From Basidiobolus meristosporus CBS 931.73 (Eukaryota; Fungi; Basidiobolomycota), in assembly GCA_002104905.1 (NCBI GenBank), contig MCFE01000087.1, positions 62,001-126,000 of the forward strand: a DNA stretch of 64,000 bases, given 5' to 3'. Under the pieces are notes generated by a model. The model was given only the letters and a program-made list of their open reading frames with translations, was not told where the DNA came from and did not search any database. The translations under genes and the position numbers were made by a program. Position 1 is the first letter of the stretch, and every line of letters begins with the position of its first letter. Shown piece by piece: positions 50,170-61,886 of the stretch.

Positions 50170-51200
50170 CTTCTCAAGTGTTTTGTGTGTGGTGTGTTCA
50201 CTGGGTGCAATAACCTCTGGCAAAAGCTTGCTAGGAATACTTGGGTTCTGTCTCTAATCTAATATGAAGGGGAATAAAGCCACAAGCTTGTGAAGGGAAA
50301 ACTGTTGAGCTACAATCCCCAACTGAGTTGGTGTCTTAACAAAAGTATGTGCTGGGTTCAGCGCCCTTTGAGATGACAATGTACTAAAGCATTCAAAGTC
50401 AAAACAACTGTAAACTCCACCAGCAGGGACTTGGTAAGAATGCAGCTGTGGTCAATAGTTACAAAGACAGAAAAGTATCTTTGCCTGTACAAGAACAAGC
50501 TTGGGAAAGAATCAAATATAATAAAAGATACCTACTCTGAGTATTCCTCACAAGTAGTGCCTCCAAGGTCAGTTGGCTGTCAGCGCAGTGTCCTGGGAGT
50601 GTCCTGTGGTCTAGGGTTGGAAGTTCAGGTAGCAGCAGGTAGCAGTGATCACACTAATCAACAAGTCGGTATATTGATAAAGGGGATGATGATTTATTGT
50701 TGAGGGATAGCCTCCCTTATATACTTTTCTCACTGGCTAAGTGATTACTAATCATGGTGTTCCAGAAGGTTCCAGATATCAATAGAAATCTTAATGACAT
50801 CAGAATGACCCAAGAATGTTCCAAGTAGGTGCCAGAAGGATCTAAGAGGCACAGCACATCCAACCAATCAGGAATCAGTATTCTGAAACCTGTGTAACAT
50901 AGGGATACCATATATGGTATGGAAACGGTAGGGATGGTGACACAGGTTGATCATGTGTCACAGGTACTGGCGCAGGTACTTGCCTAATATAGAAGTACTT
51001 ATAGCTAGTAATCTTACATAAAGTGAGGGGTAACTTATGCAATAAGGTAAGCAGGTGTGATAGTCAACTGGCTTATGGGATAGTACTGATTGGGTAAGAC
51101 AAATGGGATAAAACTAAAATAAGTGTAGTAGAGATATAGGGAAGTAGGAAATAAGGGAATGAGCATATCTGTCAGTGGGTGTAACTGTCATCCCACTACA
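50170..51200 (-). repeat. Diverged family-C-related LTR (C3) interrupting the B3 3' LTR
   Basis: 50,680-50,990 is reverse-complement similar to C1 22,120-22,440; ends ...CCACTACA; LTR-B pieces on both sides. Confidence 0.65.
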
Positions 51201-54200
51201 GTGGCAGGTCATAAAATTCTCCCCCACTAGAGTTGAGAAGGTTCTCCTGAATCTCTTTTCTTGTGATACCAATATCTTGATGGTTCAGTATTGTCAGCAA
51301 GTCTTGCAAGCTTGAGTCTGTCTCTAAGAACTAAATCTTCCCAGATATTCCCTTGTTTATCCACTAGTTGGTAAGTTGCAAATGGACATTCTCTGATGAT
51401 CTTGAATGGTCCTGTCCGTTATGGCTCAAACTTCTTCCGAGTGTTGTTTCTTGGCAATACAAAGTTCCCAACTCTCAATGCTTCTGGTGCTACAGTCTTA
51501 TCAAATCTCTGCTTCATCTTTTCTGCACTTTGAGATACTTTGGCCTGTGCCTCTTGTTGTCTTTATTCCAATTGCTGGTGTCTACTGGGCTGACTAAGCT
51601 CATCTTCTAAGGCATCTGAAAGCTTGGGTTGTGTGAGATCTCCTGGAATCCTTAGTTTACATCCATACACTAAGTAAAGTGGTGATTGTTGGATAGTGTT
51701 GTGCACTCTAACTCTGCAGGCAAAAAGTGCTTGATCTATATACTCATCCCATCTACTGACAGCTCCATTTGCATACTTGGTCAGCATTTTTCCAAATAAT
51801 CCATTAAAGAGTTCAGTGACTCCATTGGTTTGGGTTGATATGCTGAGGTTTTCAAGTGTTTAATCTGCTGTATTTCCAGGTAAGCCTCTAATGTCTTTGC
51901 CATAAAGTTTGCTCCTCTATCAGATAAGATCTCCACAAGGCATCCAAACTTCACCAGGATCTCATGGTAAATGAGACTTGCAACTTCTTGTTCACTGGCT
52001 ATTGGTGCAGCTTTAGGAACTGGCCATTTAGTGGCATGGTTAATTGCTACTAGGATCCAACGGTTGCAATTCCTGGTGGTTGGCAGTCTTCCAATAAAGT
52101 CAATTCCCCATCTCTCAAATGGTCTGACAGGCTGCAAAGGGAAGAGTTTGGCAATTCTTTGTGGCTGGCCTTGATTGATTTGGCAGTTTGGGCATGTTTT
52201 CACTAGCTTCTCAATATCTTGTTTCATTCTGGGCCACCATGCTCTGACTTTCACAAGGCTATAGGTTACTTCAATCCCAAGATGTCCATATCCATTGTGC
52301 AGCTTATGTATTAAATCCAGGCAAGCAACATAGGGACAATAGGCAATAGGGCTTCCATTAACAATTTGGTAGAGTGTTTCATCTTGTACAACAAATTTGC
52401 TGGCTTCATCCCGGACTATCATCTTTATCTCTTCATCCACCTCATTAGGAATGGCTTGGTCCTCCAAGTATTGTGGTAATAAGCTAGGCCAATCTGATTC
52501 ATGCACCAAGTTGAGTTGTGCCACTTGTTCTAGTCTTGATAAGGCATCAGCAACTGTTTTGTTTTTCCCAGGGCAGTTGACAATCTCCAAGTCAAATTGC
52601 TGAATGTATTCACTCCATCTTGTCATTCTTCTGGATAGAACCCTCTGAGTAAATGTATACTTCAGTGAGGCATGATCAGTCTTTACAGTGCATTTGACTC
52701 CTTCAATATAGCATCTCCATATCTTCACGCAGTGTATTATAGCAAGCATCTCCTTCTCATGCCCAGGATAGTTTTGTTCTGCTGAGTTCAGTTTCTTGGA
52801 CTCAAAGGCAACTGGGTAATCCTTTCCCTTGTGTTCTTGGCTTAGTACTCCACCAATTGCATAATCTGAAGCATCTGTGCACAGGGTAAACTCTTTTCTG
52901 AAGTCAGGTACTCTTAAGCTTGGCAGCTTAGCAAGTTCATTCTTGAGCATCTGAAATGCAGTCTCACAGGCTATGTCCCACTTTTAGGTGTTGTCTTTCT
53001 TGAGGATATCAGTTGAAGGGGCTGCAATGCTTGCAAAGGACTTGACAAATCTCCAATAATAGGATGCCATTCCAAGGAATGATCTGAGTTCTGATATGCT
53101 ATGGGGCTGCTTCAAACTCTTGATAGCTTCAGCCTTCTCAGGGTCTAAGGTCACTCCTGTGCTAGTCACTATGTGTCCCAGATATTCAACGTGTTCCTTG
53201 AAGAATTCACACTTGGCTAGCTTGCCATATAGCTTGTTCTCTCTTAGTTTCTTCAAGACCTTTTCAATGTGTACCAAGTGATCCTCTTCTGTCTTGCTGT
53301 ATATCAATATGTCATCTAGGTAGATTATCACAAACTTGTCTAAGTACTCCTGGAAGACAGCCTGCATCAGGGTCATGAATGTTGCAGGGGCATTGGTAAG
53401 GCCAAAACTCATGACTAAGTACTTTTAATGTTCATATCTGGTCCTGAATGCTGTCTTAGGAATATCATCTGGTTTCACCCTAAACTGGTTGTATCCTGAC
53501 ATGAGGTCAATCTTGCTGACTATGGTGGCTCCATTAAGTTGGTCCAAAAGCTCATCAATCCAAGGTATGGGGTACTTATTCTTGACAGTAACTGAGTTCA
53601 GGTCTCTGTAGTCAATGCACATCCTAGGTGTTCCATCCTTCTTTTTCACAAAAAGCACTGGTGCTCCCCAAGGTGACTTGCTGGATCTGATATATCCTTG
53701 CTCCAATAGCTGATCAACTTGTCTCTTCATTTCCTTCAGTTCCAATGGACTCATTCTGTAAGGTGTCTTGCTCACTGGAGGGCTATCTCCTGTGTCAATG
53801 GCATAATCCACGTCTCTGACTGGTGGTAGGCTTACAAGCTCATCTGGAAACATGTCTGAATATTTCTTCAAGAGAGTCTGAACCTGCTGGGGTGCTGGGG
53901 TAGAGGAATCCTCCTGTAATACCGCCATGTGGAACATCTGAGTACCTTTTCTAAGTGCTCTACAGAACTGGGTCTTGCTAAGTTCACTTGTCTCACACAT
54001 ACTGGAATTGATCAAGTTGAAATCTAGCCTGGCAGGTAGTAGCTCATAGGTCTTGTTGTCCTTTTGGATCTGAGTAGCATGGGTTCTCCAGTTGATTGGT
54101 GGATTACAACAAAATAACCAGGTTTTTCCAAGTACAAGGTCATATTTGCAGTTCCCAAATATATAAGCCTGTAGGTCTTCTGCATATTCAATGTTCTTCA

Positions 54201-55637
54201 TTCTTACTGGCTGGGTAATACGGTTGATTATGGGAGAGTTCCCATTAGCTGTGGAGACTGAAGTTGATTTGGTAGGTTCCAAGTTGATTCCAGCTTGCAA
54301 GGCAAATTGTTCTGACATGTATTCATGTGATGCTCCTGAGTCAATCATGATTTTGGCAGGTACTCTATTGATTACTCCATTTAAGTATAATAACTTCCTT
54401 GAGTTTGAGGTCATTTGAGACAAGTAGTCTTCTGTCATATGGAAGGTGAGTTCCAAGTCTCCTTCAAGCTCATCCTCCATGCTACTGTGTTCACGGGACT
54501 CAATATGGTTGAAGGTTCTTGTTGGCTGGTGTCCATTTCTTCTCTGGAGGCAGTACTTTGAGATGTGTCCTTGCTGGTGGCAACTGAAACAAAGTCCTTT
54601 CTTCCTGCATTCTTCTGAGGTGGGGTTCTTCTGCATAGCATCTATTTCCATTGGTACTGCTTCTGACTGCCTTCTTTGATAATGCTTGCAGCCTTTCTGA
54701 TTAGTCACTGTAGGCTTCCCAACTCCAAACATAGCTGAGTCATAGTCAATGGCAATCTTGATGGCTTCTTCAATAGTCTGAGGTCTTTGATAATTCACTT
54801 CCTTGCAAGTTCTTTCTTTCAACCCATCAATAAAGTATTCAACTTGATCCAGGGGGTCCATTCTTTCAATTTGTCCAAGTAGACATCTGTACTCAGAGAT
54901 GTATTCTTGAACCATTCCGTTCTGTCTGAGTGTCTTTAACTTCCTTCTTAGTAGTGTCTGCTGGTGTGGAGGTTCAAAGCATCCTGAATTTCCAACACAA
55001 ACTCATCCCAGGTAGAGATAGTAGAGCATCCCATCATAGTGGCTGACCTGATCTTGTTGTGGTACCACTGTAAAGCTGCATCTGCCAGGTAAGAAGCTGC
55101 ATAATGCAATTTGCTTTCTGGATCAACTCCTGTAGCCTTAAAAGCTTCTTCAATCTGAAAGAGCCAAGCTCCCAGGTTTTCATTGACTCTGCCATAGTAC
55201 TGGTTGACCTTCACACTAAAGTTGCTCTTGACAGGGCTTTGCTGGCTCTGAGCCATGGTAGTCATTCCTTGTTGCTGTTGGCTGAGGACCTGGAGTAACT
55301 GTTGCTGTTGGGCCAGGATTTGCTGCATGGCATTCTTCCATTCTTGATTGTCCAACATCTTGAGGGTGGTTTCTTCTTTCTTCAGGAGGGAGGTTTCTGG
55401 TTATTGCTGCTACCAATGTTACAAGTCTTGGTATAAGAGTTGTAGAGGAATAGGGAGTTTAGCTAGTATTGTATTCACTAAAACTTGAACTGATTTTTAT
55501 TGAGGTTCCAGCAGCTCCTTATATACATTTTGCCAGATCATTTGCTGACAAATTATATTTCCTAATGTAGGCTGTGGCTGATGACTCATTTGATTGCATC
55601 ATCATCACTCAATTAGATCCTACTTAATATAACTATA
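51201..55637 (-). mobile_element. Ty3/gypsy element B3 (gag-pol about 55358-51220; 5' LTR 55417-55637 truncated)
   Basis: ORF 53425-54915 runs gag-knuckle-PR (IDSGAS)-RT in one frame; RH and IN follow; PBS and PPT present; a few stops and frameshifts. Confidence 0.95.
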
Positions 55638-57253
55638 TTGATGTGTCCAAATCTCCTGTACCAAAGCATTGGTGTTTCTTCATTTAAGTTACTTTTATGG
55701 GCTTCCAGATTTGATGGAATATAAGTTAACTTATACAGATTCTGATCTCTTATACGCAAAGCAATAAGGGCACCATTTTAATCAGTGATCCTGCATCCAG
55801 AATTGTTAAAGCTGAAACTGAATCCTTCTGCTGTGGCCTTCCTTACAGATAGTAGGTTCTTGGCTATTTCTGGTACATCAAGTACTTATTTAAAGGTCAG
55901 TATATGGCCTCCTTTACTGCTTTTAAGGTTTACTTGGATGGTCCTTCTACCACTGCATCAAGTGCTCTGTTGTCACCCATGAAAATATTCTTAATTGGAA
56001 TTTCTTGATATTGGGTAAAAGTTCTTTTTGTTATATCAAGTGTTGAGATGCTCCACAGTCAATATACCACATCTGAGAATCCATGTTTGTGGTCCTATTT
56101 AGTGCAGATACTAATAGTCTATCCTCAGTTGTAGCAGCATTTCCATATTAAGGCTTTTTCTGCTGACCATCTCTCTTTTTCAAATACTGGTCTGATGTGT
56201 GTCCTTGCCTTCTGCAGTAGTTACAAAACAGGTTGCTGTTGCCTTTGAAAGGTATTGTGTATCTCCTTTGTTGGTTATCATTGTGTATTAAAGCATTTTC
56301 TTAATTCTTCATCCAGGAGCCTTCCATATACGAAATTTAAGGTCAAATCTTCAGTTCTGGACTCTAGGGCTGATACAAGGCCCTGAAACTTGTCTGTCAG
56401 GCTATTCAGGATGGTAACTATCACATCCTCATCAGTAGTTGGTACACCCACAGATTCCATCTCATCCACTAGCAGGGTAATTCTGTTAATTAGATTTTTC
56501 ATTTCTTCTCTTGGCTGCATCTTTGTTGCAAGGAATTTATGTCTCAGATACCTTTTTTTAGCAGCTGAACATGACTGGCAGGTGTCTTCTAATGCCTTCC
56601 AGGCATTCTTTGCCACTTTTGCTCTTGAGCATTGAAGTAGCAATTTGTCTTTGGCATTAGAGCAAATGCAGTTAAAGGCACTTTGTTCTTTCTTCTGCTA
56701 CTCTAAGGCTTCCTCTTCCACATTTTTAGGAGGGCATTCTTCTCCCATGACAATATCCCAGAGGCCTCTTTCTTGTAGCAGTATATCTGTCTTCACCTTC
56801 ACCTTCAAAACTTGGTAGTTAGAACTATCCAACTTTTCAGTAGAATGAAAAATTCCAGTAATAGCAGTAGTAGATATTGCTGAGAGCGATAGCTTGGGGA
56901 TCATAGCCTGTTGTAAGAGTCTTGGAGATATTGGAGGTGATTGGGAGAACAAGTAGATTTTGTGGCTTTCACTTAATGATCTTTTGAGTGTAAAAGTAGT
57001 ATTTATACTTTTACATGGTCTTGGCATTACAAACAGATAGAATAGGTTAAGAAAAGTTCCAAGAATATGTGTGCACAGTTTGGGGCTGTTTGAACAACTT
57101 TGAGAATTTTCATGTTCTGGGTACCTGGTAGTTTGGTGAAAATACTCTAAGTAAATCCAAGGAATATAGTTAGTGTTCCCCAGCATCTGAAGGTAATGAT
57201 CCAAGTGACTAAGTTAGGTGAATATTTAGGTGGAATTACAAATTTTGACATCA
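55638..57253 (-). mobile_element. Truncated copia-A copy A5 (5' LTR 56909-57253, PBS, gag, PR with deletions)
   Basis: Reverse complement of A-family LTR, leader and gag; ends at the WHRRFGH region. Confidence 0.88.
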
Positions 57254-57306
57254 TAGTGATCACTACCTCAGCTAGAATTGATTAAACAGCAACATTCCAT
57301 CCTATT

Positions 57307-57655
57307 TGTTCCAATATTCTGAGGAGTACTGGAAGTGATGTAGAGAACTAGAGAATTTACATTTTATTCACATATAGATTTGTTGATCAAGAGTAGGGTA
57401 TTTATACTTTGGATAAAGTAGAGCAAACTAATGTGTATAGTATGTTGAGGAGGGTCCTAAAAATATGTGTACAAAGTTATGGGGCTTTTGGACAACTTTG
57501 AGAAAGATCATAATCTGGGTATTTGATAATTCAGTAGAAATATTTGAAATAAATCCCAACAAGGAATTTGGTCAGCAGAGAATGCTAATCACAGAATAAG
57601 ATCTATGTGACAAGGTTAGTATGGGTATTTAGGTGACAACTTATTAATTACAACA
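57307..57655 (-). repeat. Old copia-A-related solo LTR (same subfamily as 6572-6919)
   Basis: 349 bp, TG..CA, collinear with 6572-6919. Confidence 0.78.
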
Positions 57656-57760
57656 CAACCAAGCTAAAAGTAGCAGAAATGGTATGCAACAGTATAGTTT
57701 ATAGTGTGATATTTTTGTATTTTTCTATTCATGAAATAAATGCTTCTGGACACCAGATTT

Positions 57761-60700
57761 TGTTGTAAAAATTTGTATTTCCACCTAAATATTCACCTAA
57801 CTTAGTCACTTAGATCATCACCTTCAAATCCTAGAGAATACTGACCAAATTCCTTGTCGGGATTTACTTAGAATATTTTCACCAAAATACCAGGTACCCA
57901 GAACATGAAAATTCTCAAAGTTGTCCAAACAGCCCCAAACTTTGCACACATGTTCTTGGGACCTTCCTTAACCTATTCAACGTGTTTGTAATGCCAAGAC
58001 CATGTAAAAGTATAAATACTACTTTTACATTCAATAAATCATTAAGTGAAAACCACATAATCTACTTGTTCTCCCAATCACTTCCAATATCTCCAAGACT
58101 CTTACAACAGGTTATGAGCCCCAAGCTGTCACTCTCTGCAATGTCTACTACTGCTATTACTGGAATTTTTCCCTCTGCTGAAGAGTTGGATGGATCTAAC
58201 TACCAAGTGTGGAAGGTGAAGATGAAGATGCTGCTACAAGAAAGAGGCCTTTGGGATATTGTCATGGGAGAAGAATGCCCTCCTAAAAACGTGGGAGAGG
58301 AAGCCTTGAAGTACCAGAAGAAAGAACAAAGTGCCTTTAACTGCATTTGCCTTAATGTCAAGGACAAATTGCTAATTCAATGCTCAAGAGCAAAAACGGC
58401 AAAGAATGCCTGGAAAGCATTAGAAGACACCTACCAGTCATGTTCAGCTGCCAAGAAAATGTATCTGAGAAGAAAATTCTTTACTACAAAGATGCTGCCA
58501 GGAGAAGAAATGAAAAATCTAACTAACAGAATTACCCTGCTGGTAGATGAGATGGAATCTGTGGGTGTACCAACTACTGATGAGGATGTGATAGTTACCA
58601 TCCTGAATAGCCTGACAGACAAGTTTCAGGGCCTTGTATCAGCCCTAGAGTCCAGAACTGAAGATTTGACCTTAAATTATGTATATGGAAGGCTCCTGGA
58701 TGAAGAATTAAGAAAATCAAGCGCCAATAAGAAGGAAGAAGAAAATGCTTTAATAAGCAATGATAGCCAACAAAGGAGGTACCCAAGACCCTACAAAGGC
58801 TACAGCAACCTATTTTGCAACTACTGCAAAAGGAAAGGACACACATCAGACCGGTGTTTCAAAAAGAGAGATTATCAGCAAAAGAAGCCTGAATATGGAA
58901 ATGCTGCAACAACTGAAGATAGACTATTCATATCTGCACTAAATATGACCACAAACAAGGATTCTCAGACGTAGTATATTGACTCTGGAGCTTCTCAACA
59001 CTTTACACACCAAAAAGAACTTTTTACCCAATATCAAGAAATTCCAATTAAGAAGGTTTTCATGGGTGACAATAGAGCACTTGATGCAGTGGGAGAAGGA
59101 ACTATTCAAGTAAACCTAAGAAGCAGTGAAGGAAGCCATACACTGACCTTTAAAGAAGTACTCTATGTACCAGAAATAGCCAAGAATCTACTCTCTGTAA
59201 GCAAGGCCACAGCAGAAGGACTCAGTTTCAGTTTTGACAATTCTGGATGCAGGATCACTGATCAAAATGGTGCTCATATTGCTTCGGGCATCAGAGATCA
59301 GAATCTATACAAGTTGACTTATATTCCATCATATCTGGAAGCCAATATAAGTAACTTAAATGAAGAAACACCAATGCTTTGGCACAGGAGATTTGGGCAC
59401 ATCAATTTTGATTATTTGCGCAAAATGATCAAAGATCAGCTAATTTCTGGACTAAAAATTGATCCCCCAGCTATTTTGGAGCACCGTGAAGCCTGCATAT
59501 ATGGGAAACAAGCCAGACAACCGTTCAAGAGCTCTGGGTTAATCAAAACTAAGAAAAAATTAGATCTAATTCACTCAGATCTGTGTGGACCTATGCAAAA
59601 TTTATCCTTAGGCGGGATGAAGTATTTTATCACTTTTATTGATGATTATACAAGATACACATGGGTCTACTTCATGGAGAGAAAGGAAGAAGCTCTGTCT
59701 AAGTTCAGGGAGTTTAAAGCCATGGTGGAGAGAGAAACTGGTGAAAAAATCAAGAAAATACGCTCTGACAATGGTGGAGAATATACCTCAAAACTCTTCA
59801 TCCACTTCTGCAAAATTCATGGGATAAAGCAAGAGACTACTGTACCATACTCCCCACAGCAAAATGGAGTAGCAGAATGAGCTAACAGATCAATAATTGA
59901 TATGGCAAGATCTATGATCCATGATCAAAAATTATCCTATGATTTTTGGGCGGAATCAGTTGCCACTGCTGTATATCTTAAAAATAGGAGTTATAACAGA
60001 ATACTTTGTGATTCTACTCCATTTGAAGCATGGTATGGATACAGACCAAGTGCAGAACATCTAAGAATATTTGGGTGTACAGCATATGCCAAAAAACTGG
60101 CCGGAAATCAGTCAAAATTCGATCCAAAAAGTGTAAAATGCATATTTTTGGGCTACTCCAATGAGAGTAAGGCATACAGACTCTACAATACCAAAGCAAA
60201 GAAGCTGATCAAGTCCAGGGATGTGTTGTTTGATGAAAATTCAAAATTTTCACAAAAAATGACATCAGATGATGACAAAAATTTGATCTCAAGTCCACCA
60301 ATTGTCAGGATTGAATCAGAGCAAAACAATGAAAATTTTTTCACTCCAGAGGACTCTACAACCGTGGTTCAGCCAGAATCAGTGCCCAGGAATATCCCAG
60401 AAGTGATCATTCCAGTATCAAATGCCCGGAGATCAAATTGGACAAGAAATAGCCCAAATTACTATATTAATGAGGGTACAAACTTAGCCTATGCCTATTC
60501 AGTCCATATTGATGAACCCCAGACTGTAAAAGAGGCCCTATATAGCCCTCAGACAAAGTTTTGGAGATCTGCAATGACTGAGGAATATCAGGCCCTGATG
60601 GAAAATCAAACTTGGGACTTAGTCAAATTACCAATCAACCAAAAATCAATTGGATGCAGATGGGTCTTCAAGACAAAATACAAGGCTGATGGTACAATTG

Positions 60701-60840
60701 AAAGATACAAAGCAAGACTTGTAGCCAAAGGATACTCTCAAACAAGAGGACTTGACTATACTGAGACCTTTGCACCGGTAGCCAAGTTTAATTCCATCAG
60801 ATTAATATTGGCTATTGCAGCCAAATAAAAGTTTTTTATC
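57761..60840 (+). mobile_element. Copia-A copy A3 (5' LTR 57761-58109; gag-PR-IN-part of RT; 3' truncated)
   Basis: Intact PBS; reading frame broken only by TAG 58972-58974, TGA 59878-59880 and TAA 60826-60828; stops in RT. Confidence 0.95.
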
Positions 60841-60984
60841 CAACCTTTCACACACAAAATATATTATGGGTTGGTGCAAACATATGTATCAACGTCATTA
60901 TGCCAGAGAGTGCAATAATGAGCAAGATTGTGCTACATAGTGCAGAGTAATACAAGCACAATCCTGTCTATGGATAAGTATAAT

Positions 60985-61334
60985 ACATAGCAAGAGTTTT
61001 GGAGATACTGCAAGTGATTGGCAGTGCAAATAGATTATGTGGCTTTCACTTAATGATTTACTTAATGTAAAAATGGTATTAATACTTTTACATAGTCTTG
61101 GCAAGACAAACATATAGAATATGCTTAGGAAGGCTCCAAGAGTATGTGAGCAAAGTTTGGGGCAGTTTGCATAACTTATCATATTATAATGTTTGGGTTA
61201 CCTAATGCATTGGTGAAAATACTTGAAGTTAATCCCAATAAGAAATTTGGTCAGTATTCTCTAGGATTTGTGAGTAATGATATAAGTGACTAAGCTGAGT
61301 GAATATTTAAGTGGAATTACAAATCTTTACAACA
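60985..61334 (-). repeat. Degenerate copia-A LTR (reverse)
   Basis: Reverse complement follows the LTR-A layout and begins TGTTGTAAAGATTTG. Confidence 0.8.
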
Positions 61335-61886
61335 TAATATTTTGCCAAATCAATTTTTGCAACCAAGGACAGCACTACATGCCCTGGCACAGTCTGGTTA
61401 AACAAGTCCACTAATTTACCTAAGTTTAGGTAAGTAAATATGGTTTTTGGATCTTTTTCTTCAATAGAGATGGAAAAAAATGTGCATTGCACTCCATGAC
61501 TTTTGTGCAACTTTCCACATTTGTTACCATCAATAAGATTGAATCAAGTAATAGCTTTAGATTGGCCCAGAGGTGAGCTATTGATGGGAGCACACAGGTG
61601 GCCTTATGGCTAAGAATCAGGCTGCTTTATTGGCTAATGAACACTGATGCTCTAGGTGTGCTACATCTTGCTAGAATATTACAAGTGGCTTAAAAGCCGC
61701 TGACTTTACATACTCATGTTTTTGGACCTTTGTAAGCATATCCAGTGCATCTGTAAAAATACAAGTGGTACTTTTGTACTGAATGTATATTGAGTGGCAA
61801 GCATACCATATGCCAGTCCTCCTAGCCATTATCAATATCACTAAAGCACCCGCACCAAAAGTTTCCAAGTAACTGTAAGTATATAA

